Origin: Candidatus Saccharimonadota bacterium
GTDB lineage: Bacteria > Patescibacteriota > Saccharimonadia > Saccharimonadales > Saccharimonadaceae
Direction: 5' to 3'
Assembly: GCA_049296095.1 (NCBI GenBank)
Contig: JBAQRV010000001.1
Location: 300,001-332,000, forward strand
Length of the DNA: 32,000 nt
The notes under the pieces are model-generated. The model did no database searches. It had not been told where the DNA came from and worked only from the letters and a program-made list of their open reading frames with translations. This document shows positions 24,934 through 32,000 of the stretch, piece after piece. Position 1 is the stretch's first letter. The number at the start of each line of letters is the position of its first letter. The translations under genes were made by a program, and so were the position numbers.

Positions 24934-26223
24934 TTAAATCTCGTCGATGCTCTTACGAGTCTGCTCGGTCGTATCACGATCACGGACGGTCACCGTGCCG
25001 TCTTCGAGGGTATCAAAGTCGATAACCACGCAGTACGGCGTGCCGATCTCGTCCTGACGACGATAGCGCTTGCCGATATTACCGTTATCATCCCACATGA
25101 CGTTACCGTATTTCTTTTTCAAGAAATCATAAACCTCACGGGCCTTAGCTACAATCTCTGGTTTGTTGCGAACTAGTGGTGACACAGCATATTTCACCGG
25201 TGCGAGGTGCGCTGGTAGTTTCAAGACGATCCGCTTCTCGCCGTTCACTTCATCTTCGGTATAAGCAGTTGAGAGGACGGCCATCAGGGCGCGCTCGACA
25301 CCGAATGATGGCTCAATCACGTGCGGAACAAACTTTGTATCAGTTCCCTTGATGGTGTATTCCATATTCTTGCCACTCACCCGTTGGATGTTCTGCAAAT
25401 CAAAATCAGTACGATAGGCCAACCCGAGCAACTCTTCCTTACCGATAGGAAAATCAAACTCAAAGTCGATCGTTCGCTTACTATAGTGGGCGCGGTCGCT
25501 CTCAGGAACTTCTAGTTCATGGACGTTCTCATCAGGCAGACCGAGAGCCTGCGTCCACTTCCACACCTGCTGACGCCAATGCTCAAAAGCTTGTTCCCAC
25601 TTCGCTGGATCAACAAAGTATTCGATCTCCATCTGTTCAAACTCGCGGCTGCGGAAGATAAAGTCACGGGGGCTGATTTCATTACGAAATGCCTTGCCCT
25701 GCTGCGCAAGACCGAATGGTAAATCAGGATAAAAGGTATCGACAACATTTTTGTAGTTGGTAAAGATACCTTGGGCAGTTTCAGGGCGGAGGTAACTAAT
25801 GCTTGATTCGTCATCAACAGGACCGACATTGGTCTTGAACATCATGTTAAACTGGCGCGCTTCACCAAAAGTATGCTCCTTGCCGCAGGTTGGACATTTC
25901 GAAGTGTCGATCTTATCAGCACGGAATCGTCCATGACAATTTGAACATTCCACAAGTGGATCAGTAAACGTATCAACATGTCCACTCGCCTGCCACACCT
26001 TTTGATTCATCAAGATCGCCGCATCGACACCATGCATATCATCACGTTCTTCAACAAACATCTTCCACCATAGTTGCATGATATTACGTTTCAAAATCAC
26101 ACCCAGCGGACCATAGTCCCAAGTACCGCTCAGGCCGCCATAAACATCTGATCCAGGGTAAATAAATCCGCGGCGCTTCGCCAACGACACAATGTTTTCC
26201 ATTTTTTGATGTTGTTCGTTCAT
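24934..26223 (-). CDS. glyQS: glycine--tRNA ligase (dimeric class II type)
   Basis: IVSLAKRRGFIYPGSDVYGGLSGTWDYGPLGV N-terminus, class II motifs (FRNEISPR, GVERA), and a C-terminal anticodon-binding domain. Confidence 0.93.
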   Translation of the reverse strand: MNEQHQKMENIVSLAKRRGFIYPGSDVYGGLSGTWDYGPLGVILKRNIMQLWWKMFVEERDDMHGVDAAILMNQKVWQASGHVDTFTDPLVECSNCHGRFRADKIDTSKCPTCGKEHTFGEARQFNMMFKTNVGPVDDESSISYLRPETAQGIFTNYKNVVDTFYPDLPFGLAQQGKAFRNEISPRDFIFRSREFEQMEIEYFVDPAKWEQAFEHWRQQVWKWTQALGLPDENVHELEVPESDRAHYSKRTIDFEFDFPIGKEELLGLAYRTDFDLQNIQRVSGKNMEYTIKGTDTKFVPHVIEPSFGVERALMAVLSTAYTEDEVNGEKRIVLKLPAHLAPVKYAVSPLVRNKPEIVAKAREVYDFLKKKYGNVMWDDNGNIGKRYRRQDEIGTPYCVVIDFDTLEDGTVTVRDRDTTEQTRKSIDEI

Positions 26224-26263
26224 AACTAGGGCTCATTATAGCATATTCGTCTCTGTTGATAGA

Positions 26264-26292
26264 TTGACTTTTATAGCTATTTTTGGTATAAT
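26264..26292 (+). promoter_or_regulatory. sigma-70-type promoter TTGACT-17 nt-TATAAT
   Basis: TTGACT at 26264-26269, 17-nt spacer, TATAAT at 26287-26292. It is upstream of the 26339 start. Confidence 0.7.
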
Positions 26293-26338
26293 ATATGGCA
26301 GTTCTTTCCCAATCCAGTGACCAACCAGAGGAGATGTT

Positions 26339-26989
26339 TTGCCCACGCTACTGAACTCTTTCGAGGCCTACATGAACCATGGCACCAAAGAGCAAAAGAT
26401 CGGCCGTCTCGACGACTCGATCACGACCTTCATCCATGCACTCGGCGTTGCGGAGTCTGACGACCAACGCGCCCAAGCCTGGCAAATGCGAGGCATCAGC
26501 CAACGGCTCAACAAGTACTTTCTCGAAGCTCACAAGAGCTTTGAAGAAGCCCGCATCGCCGCCGGAACCGACAACGTGCGTATCGCCCACATCGACCGCG
26601 ATGACGCGATGGTCTTGATCGATGAATTCGAAAAGACCGGAACTCACGAGAAGCTGAACCGGGCGATCGCGATGCTCAAACACAGCATGTCCGTCTTTAA
26701 CTATGTCGGAGAGCAAGTCGAAGCGGCAATGAGCCGTGGGTTCCTTGGATACGCTCTGTCGTTCTATACCGATCAGACAAGAGCGCTCAAAGAGCTCAAA
26801 GCCGCTGACGCCGTTCTTCGTGACGGCGACAACCGCGACTACGAGCTCAGCAACCTCACTCGGCTGATGGAGATCGAGTCATTCCTCGGAAAACTCTGGC
26901 ACATGCCGCGTTTTCTCAGGCTGATTCGTGTCACTGGCCAGACCAGACGCTACAAGCAAGCCATCCGGCGGCGTCTGTTCGGGAAATAG
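26339..26989 (+). CDS. hypothetical protein (216 aa), helical, no recognisable family
   Basis: TTG start preceded by GAGGAG (26329-26334). It has its own consensus promoter and a GC-rich terminator. It is the only + strand gene between 8785 and 32000. Confidence 0.6.
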   Translation: MPTLLNSFEAYMNHGTKEQKIGRLDDSITTFIHALGVAESDDQRAQAWQMRGISQRLNKYFLEAHKSFEEARIAAGTDNVRIAHIDRDDAMVLIDEFEKTGTHEKLNRAIAMLKHSMSVFNYVGEQVEAAMSRGFLGYALSFYTDQTRALKELKAADAVLRDGDNRDYELSNLTRLMEIESFLGKLWHMPRFLRLIRVTGQTRRYKQAIRRRLFGK

Positions 26990-26998
26990 AGCACCACA

Positions 26999-27030
26999 CC
27001 CCGCCCGTAAAACGGCGGGGTTTCCCATTT
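26999..27030 (+). terminator. putative intrinsic terminator
   Basis: Stem CCCCGCC(C)G / CGGCGGGG (26999-27020) with loop TAAAA, followed by TTTCCCATTT. It lies between the convergent 26339-26989 gene and recO. Confidence 0.6.
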
Positions 27031-27705
27031 CTAAACCGCCGCATGCTCCCGCGCTACCGCAAAAATAACCGGCAAGACTTCATCAACTCCGCCAACTTGC
27101 GCCAATATCTTTAAAGATTTTGAAGCAATCAACCGCAATAACTTAATATGCTCAGCACCAATTTCACCACCGACTACTTCGCGCAGCCCTTGTTCGCCCA
27201 CATCATACCGGTACGCTCGATCAGCCACCAGCTTCTCGCCATTGGTATCTATATTCAAGTTCAATTCATGCCCTAACAACGAAGCATACTTCAGATAAAA
27301 CCACGTCTGTGTCAGCTCCAGTGGAATTGTCCGCGCATCGAGCGCTTTCAGGATTTCTGACAACATATCGAACCACTCTGGCTCATCGACCGTTTCGCTG
27401 GCCCGTGTAATTAACTTAATCGCCTGATAGCCAAATTGCAGTCGATCATAATCTTCAATAATATGGTTATAAAAATGAACCAACCGCGCCGATGTCAGTA
27501 CGCCCAGCTCACCTTTCCCCTCTCCTAGTACCACATCGCTAATTGCAAATAGCTCGATACCGCCAGCTAGCTTACTTTTTTCTCGCCGCACCCCACGAGC
27601 CATGACACTTCGACGACCTTCCGGTGTTAAAAGCTGTAAGATCCGATCAGCCTCGCCGTAATTCGTTCGCCTTAAAACAATCGCCTGCGTGCGATGTGTT
27701 TTCAT
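27031..27705 (-). CDS. recO: DNA repair protein RecO
   Basis: The N-terminal OB-fold signature AIVLRRTNYGEADRILQLLTPEGRRSVMARGVRR and the overall length fit RecO. Confidence 0.85.
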   Translation of the reverse strand: MKTHRTQAIVLRRTNYGEADRILQLLTPEGRRSVMARGVRREKSKLAGGIELFAISDVVLGEGKGELGVLTSARLVHFYNHIIEDYDRLQFGYQAIKLITRASETVDEPEWFDMLSEILKALDARTIPLELTQTWFYLKYASLLGHELNLNIDTNGEKLVADRAYRYDVGEQGLREVVGGEIGAEHIKLLRLIASKSLKILAQVGGVDEVLPVIFAVAREHAAV

Positions 27706-28064
27706 AGCACCGCCTTCACCGCTGCCACCAGATCAATCGGCTTCATTGTTGTTTTGTCTACAACACGTCGAACACCGTATGATGCAACGTCCTCTAGTTT
27801 CAGACTTTCTGCCATATTCGTACAAAGGATGATTGGTATCTTACCCGTATCATCATACGACTGCAGTTCGTGGAGCAACGCAAAAGCCGTTGCCCCCGTT
27901 AAAAGCACATCAAGAATAATCACATCTGGCTGCACGTCATCAATTGCCACAATCGCTGATGGCGCATGTGGTGAATGTGCCACCTCAAAGCCCGCCCCCT
28001 CTAACGTCCGCACTTCGAGTTCTGCCAACCACGGGTCATCCTCGACAAGTAAAATCTTGGTCAT
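27702..28064 (-). CDS. stand-alone response-regulator receiver domain (CheY-like)
   Basis: KILLVEDD acidic pocket, phospho-acceptor in VIILDVLL, conserved T (ILCTN) and K (DKTTMKP). No output domain. 4-nt overlaps with both neighbours. Confidence 0.85.
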   Translation of the reverse strand: MTKILLVEDDPWLAELEVRTLEGAGFEVAHSPHAPSAIVAIDDVQPDVIILDVLLTGATAFALLHELQSYDDTGKIPIILCTNMAESLKLEDVASYGVRRVVDKTTMKPIDLVAAVKAVL

Positions 28065-28771
28065 AATAAACTCAGCTGCTGCGAGGCTTGTAACTCAACG
28101 TAGAAAGTTGCCCCGTCGCGGTGACGTTTAGCACCGATCTGTCCGTTCATCGCTTCGGCAAATTGACTGGCAATATACAAGCCCAACCCGCTGCTTTGAG
28201 GCCGAGCATGAATCGCCTGTGGAGCACGTGCTAATTTCTGCTGCAGGCTTCGCCACATATCACCAGAGAGTGCTGGGCCATAGTCACGAACACCGACTCG
28301 AATCATACCGCTGCCGCGCAGCGCTTGAATTTGCAAATGCACTGCCGTCCCCGGCTGACTATAGTGCAAGGCATTATCACTAAAGTTCATCAAAATCCGT
28401 CGCAACAAATCTCGGTTCGCTACCAACAGTAATGGATGTCTGCGATGACCGACCGCTAGTGTCCGGCCATGGGCTTCAAATAATGGCGTCAGCTCAGCCA
28501 CGATGTCTCGGCAAATCTGCTCGGGATTAATCGGCTCAACCTCAAACATGGCGTCTTCTAACCGAGCTGACTTTGTTAGGTCGCTCGTCAGACGCAGCGC
28601 CCGTTCGCTTGTCAGGGTAATTTGCTCTAAAAGGCGTTGCTTCTCGGCATCTGTGATTGTTTGATCCTCCAGCCTCAGAGCTAGTTGTCGGACCAAAGCT
28701 AAAGGAGCTTTTAGCTCATGCGCCGCCGCAGTTAGCGGCGTGATGTCTATGTGTCCCTCACTCACACTCAT
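28061..28771 (-). CDS. cytoplasmic histidine kinase (HisKA + HATPase_c only, no TM or sensor domain)
   Basis: H-box AAAHELKAPLALV, N box FSDNALHYS, G boxes VRDYGPAL and SGLGLYIA. The GGAGG lies only 1 nt from ATG 28771, so GTG 28765 may be the true start. Confidence 0.85.
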   Translation of the reverse strand: MSVSEGHIDITPLTAAAHELKAPLALVRQLALRLEDQTITDAEKQRLLEQITLTSERALRLTSDLTKSARLEDAMFEVEPINPEQICRDIVAELTPLFEAHGRTLAVGHRRHPLLLVANRDLLRRILMNFSDNALHYSQPGTAVHLQIQALRGSGMIRVGVRDYGPALSGDMWRSLQQKLARAPQAIHARPQSSGLGLYIASQFAEAMNGQIGAKRHRDGATFYVELQASQQLSLL

Positions 28772-28822
28772 GCCTCCAGTGTATCACTGGAAAAGGCTGC
28801 GATGCAAAGATGAGCAGAATGA

Positions 28823-29485
28823 TTATTGTTTAAAGCTAATCGTCGCAACGAGAGCGTCAAAATCGCCCTTAAAGGTCTGCGCATCGGTTCGAATTGTCAG
28901 CGTTTTATCACGGATCTTAAAGATTACCGCCGAGCCACGAATATCTTTCGTGAAGGCACCGTCAAGTCGGGTGCCGTCTTCACCACTCGCCTTTACCGCA
29001 CTGGCTGTCAGATCACCTTTTTTCACGAGTGCATCATAACTTTTCACCACCTGGTCGTAGTCTTTACTCTCAATCGTCACCCTTAGGGCGTATTGTGTCG
29101 ACTGAGACACCGGTGGCACCGAAACAGGATTAAGGTAAGCCTGGTAGATACCGCCCGAGCCCGCATCCTTATCAATGTACACGCTCCACGTCTTTGGATA
29201 ATCAAACGTCACACTGCCGTAGTCATCAGGGCCAGCAAAAGTGCGATTCGGAAGCTTTTCTTCCTTTTCAAAATCAGCCGCATCTTTATCAGCTTGTTCT
29301 TTCACAGCCGCTGAAACAGCCGTCGCAACTTTTGTATCAACGTTATCTTTTTGATCAAAATAATTAAGCAACGCCCACACCAGGACACCACCAACGATCA
29401 ATGTCATCGCGATAAAAACAATCGACAAGATAAACCAAGTATTTGCCGCACCCCGTTCCCGCTGAAGACGATTCATACTGGTCAT
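28823..29485 (-). CDS. membrane-anchored extracytoplasmic protein, unknown function
   Basis: N-terminal TM (WFILSIVFIAMTLIVGGVLVWALL) followed by a soluble domain of about 170 aa. Its start overlaps the upstream stop (TAATG). Confidence 0.6.
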   Translation of the reverse strand: MTSMNRLQRERGAANTWFILSIVFIAMTLIVGGVLVWALLNYFDQKDNVDTKVATAVSAAVKEQADKDAADFEKEEKLPNRTFAGPDDYGSVTFDYPKTWSVYIDKDAGSGGIYQAYLNPVSVPPVSQSTQYALRVTIESKDYDQVVKSYDALVKKGDLTASAVKASGEDGTRLDGAFTKDIRGSAVIFKIRDKTLTIRTDAQTFKGDFDALVATISFKQ

Positions 29486-30009
29486 TATACTTGTGCTTGC
29501 GATGACTGTAAAGGATGGAAGGTATAGAGATGGTAGGCTTCAAAACTCTTTTCACTCTTCATGCCTGGCAATGGATTGCCATGACACATCAAGCTTAATT
29601 TCTTTTGAAGTCGGTCGGCTTCTTGCTGCATCTTGCGCATAATCTTCTTCCCGTCGCGATTGACCGAAAAAATATACACGATTGTTGTGTCATTCGGTAA
29701 GCTCACCTGCCAAAAATTCGCTAGCTTCACGGTAACATTTGTATTACCCCTCGATAGGAATCGTGACAGCAATACAAAGAAAGGATGGATCTCATACCCT
29801 ACCGCCCGCGCCCCCATCTCGGCTGCAACCCGCAGAACAACACCATCACCACTTCCAACATCTACCAGTACATCCTTAGCGGTCACTTTATACAAGTTCT
29901 CGAATGCACGTCGGACAAACTTGCGCTGGCTCGGCACATACGGCGCACCAAAGAAAATAACAAACCCAAAGCCGAGAACAATAATCCCCAAAATGAGTAT
30001 CCAGATCAT
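29485..30009 (-). CDS. class I SAM-dependent methyltransferase with an N-terminal TM helix
   Basis: Motif I VLVDVGSGDGVVL plus an acidic post-I residue (GYEI). N-terminal hydrophobic helix IWILILGIIVLGFGFVIFF. Confidence 0.7.
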   Translation of the reverse strand: MIWILILGIIVLGFGFVIFFGAPYVPSQRKFVRRAFENLYKVTAKDVLVDVGSGDGVVLRVAAEMGARAVGYEIHPFFVLLSRFLSRGNTNVTVKLANFWQVSLPNDTTIVYIFSVNRDGKKIMRKMQQEADRLQKKLSLMCHGNPLPGMKSEKSFEAYHLYTFHPLQSSQAQV

Positions 30010-30216
30010 TTATGACTCGCTGTCGAACTTCTTCTTGACGACCTTGATATCATTCTTAAGTTTTGTAAGATCCTTCTCGATCTCCTCAGCCAGCTTCTCG
30101 GCCGCTTTGAATTTATCAACCGCACTCTCGAGCTTAAATGAGGCGCCTTGAAACCAAGCTACCATCTCTGACAACTCAGTTAATTTTTCTTGAACTGATT
30201 TATTTGCTTCTGACAT
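30010..30216 (-). CDS. xseB: exodeoxyribonuclease VII small subunit
   Basis: 68-aa helical protein (LTELSEMVAWFQ...ESAVDKFKAAEKLAEEIEKDL) immediately downstream of xseA and overlapping it. Confidence 0.85.
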   Translation of the reverse strand: MSEANKSVQEKLTELSEMVAWFQGASFKLESAVDKFKAAEKLAEEIEKDLTKLKNDIKVVKKKFDSES

Positions 30217-31291
30217 CTTGTACCTCCGCTTTCATGATTGTCTTCATTGTTTCTATCTCCAGCACCGACCCCACCCGTTGCTCACCGCGGAGCAGTGCGT
30301 AGCCTCGTTGCAGGACATTGTCTGGATTAAGCTGACTCACCACGACGCGCAGTGTCGCCAAGTGTTCAAACGTCCCATCCAATTTCTCTTGGATACGCCG
30401 AAAGGCGGCATCCAGGCTTTCGCGAGTGCGTGCACTGTATTGATCGATGGCTTGCGCCAGAATATACCCGATTGACGTCGCCTGCTGATGGGCAGCTCGA
30501 ATAATTTCCTGGCGATCTGGCACTAGAATCTGCGCCGCATTGGTCGGCGTCGCCGCACGGACATCTGCGATCATATCTGCTAAGGTATGATCGACTTCGT
30601 GCCCTACCCCAACCAGCGTCGGGATGCGACTCTCGGCAATTGCCCGCGCTAACGGTTCATCATTAAAGGTTGAAAGATCCTCGGCACTTCCTCCGCCGCG
30701 AATAATCACCAGAACCTCAGGCAAAGATTCGAGGCTATTGAAATAGCGAATCGCCCGAATAATCTGATCAGCTGCTGGCACACCCTGCACCTGCGTATGT
30801 GCCACGTCAACGCGTAACCCACCCCATCGTTCATTAATAATTTTGACAAAATCAGCATAAGCCGCCGATTCGGTACTGGTAATCACCCCGACATGTGTCG
30901 GTACCGCCGGCAGTGGACGCTTACGCTCAGCCGCAAATAACCCTTCGGCTTCTAGTTTGGCTTTTAATAACTCAAAGCCTTTCTTAATCGAGCCCTCACC
31001 GACCGGCTTCACCGCCTTCACATTCAGCGTAAAGAATCCTTTTTGATTTAAGCGCGGCGCAGCCGATACAATCACCTTCATGCCGTCTTCGAGGGGCATG
31101 CGCTGCTGAAAGACATTCATGAAACAGCCGACCACTGCCGTCTCGTCTTTAATCTTAAAGCTGATCCATTTTCCTTGAATGACCTTATACTCCGCCACCT
31201 CGCCTTCGATATTAACGATCGGATAGGCGTATTCGAGCGTCTGATTCGTCAGACTGACAAAGTCGCTAACGCTAAGTAGTACGTTTTCCAT
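30200..31291 (-). CDS. xseA: exodeoxyribonuclease VII large subunit
   Basis: N-terminal OB fold (SVSDFVSLTNQTLEYAYPIVNIEGEVAE), then the catalytic core VGVITSTESAAYADF ... IIRGGGSAEDLSTFNDE ... VGVGHEVDHTLADMIAD. Confidence 0.9.
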   Translation of the reverse strand: MENVLLSVSDFVSLTNQTLEYAYPIVNIEGEVAEYKVIQGKWISFKIKDETAVVGCFMNVFQQRMPLEDGMKVIVSAAPRLNQKGFFTLNVKAVKPVGEGSIKKGFELLKAKLEAEGLFAAERKRPLPAVPTHVGVITSTESAAYADFVKIINERWGGLRVDVAHTQVQGVPAADQIIRAIRYFNSLESLPEVLVIIRGGGSAEDLSTFNDEPLARAIAESRIPTLVGVGHEVDHTLADMIADVRAATPTNAAQILVPDRQEIIRAAHQQATSIGYILAQAIDQYSARTRESLDAAFRRIQEKLDGTFEHLATLRVVVSQLNPDNVLQRGYALLRGEQRVGSVLEIETMKTIMKAEVQDVRSK

Positions 31292-32000
31292 ATTTCGCTA
31301 CCGTGAGTTGATAGAAGACATATCCAAATAAGATCGTACCGAGTACCAAGGTCACACGGGCAATCAGCGTCCCGGCAATCGCCACGTCGGCCGACACATT
31401 ACTCGAAGCGAGAAAGGCAATCATAATCGCCTCGTACACACCCGCACCCCCAGGTGTCACCGAAATAGCACTCGCAATCGAGGCCAGGCCGAAGGCAACA
31501 AACAGCAATGCTGGGTTAATCATATAGCCAAGCGCCCAAAAAGCGATCCAGATCAAAGCAACATCAGCGAGATTAGCCAGTATCGCCCACACAAACGGTC
31601 GGATAAGGATACGTCGATCTTTACGAATCGCTATATAATCATCATGTAGCTCCCCGAAAAAGTGAATCAATACTTCAATTTTGACCAGGTTTTTCTTTCG
31701 ACCCCTTGTAAAGAACGACACGACACGATTCGCTAGTCGCGTAAGCCACTGCGAGAATTGCTCTAGACGTGGTTTGCTCTTGATAACCCAAATAACAAAC
31801 CAAGTCGCTCCGATACATAGCACCGCCAGCCCGACGCAAATGAATATAATCATACGGTCAATCCGATGATCGATCACCAAAGCGACAACCGCCACTAGTA
31901 GAATTAATAAGAAACTAATAAAGGTCAGCGCAAACCGAATAATCTGTGCCATCGTTGATCGCCCCACACCCACTCCCCGACGACTCAAGACCCAACTTAA
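31272..32000 (-). CDS. flippase-like / LPG-synthase-TM (UPF0104) family membrane protein, possibly 5'-truncated
   Basis: Multi-TM protein with the family-typical TPGGAGVYEAIM loop. The frame stays open to the window end, so the start (TTG 31988, ATG 31952, or beyond the window) is unresolved. Confidence 0.65.
   Translation of the reverse strand, partial: LSWVLSRRGVGVGRSTMAQIIRFALTFISFLLILLVAVVALVIDHRIDRMIIFICVGLAVLCIGATWFVIWVIKSKPRLEQFSQWLTRLANRVVSFFTRGRKKNLVKIEVLIHFFGELHDDYIAIRKDRRILIRPFVWAILANLADVALIWIAFWALGYMINPALLFVAFGLASIASAISVTPGGAGVYEAIMIAFLASSNVSADVAIAGTLIARVTLVLGTILFGYVFYQLTVAKYGKRTT

Noticed and set aside
24897-24983. Longer N-terminal extension of the pilin ORF (start at 24983), and similarly the ftsW ORF extension to 12105
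   Set aside because: The extensions overlap the 3' ends of glyQS and mraY respectively. Internal ATGs (24896, 12045) give a canonical prepilin leader and a start adjacent to the upstream stop.
1-32000. CRISPR arrays, tRNA/rRNA/tmRNA/RNase P genes, IS elements, integrases, toxin-antitoxin pairs
   Set aside because: I saw no regularly spaced repeats and no tRNA-like T-loop or acceptor signatures in the intergenic regions. No transposase or recombinase motifs appear in any ORF, and there are no small adjacent gene pairs with TA-like features. A covariance-model scan would still be needed to exclude small ncRNAs.

Overview
Gene-dense chromosomal segment of a small-genome bacterium. The gene content suggests Patescibacteria/CPR, possibly Saccharibacteria-like, but this is inference only. 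Bases 1-8155 are all + strand: the 3' part of topA, two small orphan genes, then an apparent operon. The operon encodes a sigma-70-region-4/HARE-HTH protein, an unknown 228-aa protein, an 871-aa membrane-anchored VirD4/TraD-like P-loop ATPase and a lower-GC DUF2268-like HExxH peptidase. A ~630-bp AT-rich non-coding gap (8156-8784) follows. Next comes a long - strand block starting with a reduced dcw cluster (mraZ-rsmH-ftsL-ftsI-mraY-ftsW-murG-ftsQ). It continues with a small membrane protein, a YvcK-like protein, a GH1 beta-glucosidase, a Pif1-like helicase, a DUF4868/KwaB-like protein, RNase HI, DUF427, DUF1761, a type IV pilin fused to an FGE-sulfatase/C-type-lectin-like domain, and glyQS. 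One + strand orphan gene (26339-26989) interrupts, followed by - strand recO, a stand-alone receiver, a sensor-less histidine kinase, a membrane-anchored protein, a methyltransferase, xseB, xseA and a flippase-like membrane protein. I saw no rRNA, tRNA, CRISPR array, transposase or integrase. The best candidates for something undescribed are: (1) an orphan KwaB-like (DUF4868) gene with its own promoter, wedged between RNase HI and a Pif1-like helicase and lacking any KwaA partner; (2) the pilin-FGE/CLec fusion, whose C-terminus looks like a DGR variable region although no RT or template repeat is in the window; (3) the sigma-r4/HARE-HTH + unknown + T4CP-like ATPase + peptidase operon; (4) the 630-bp AT-rich gap at the strand-switch point; and (5) three perfect extended DnaA-box motifs, all intergenic. 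All family assignments come from motif recognition by eye, since no searches could be run.
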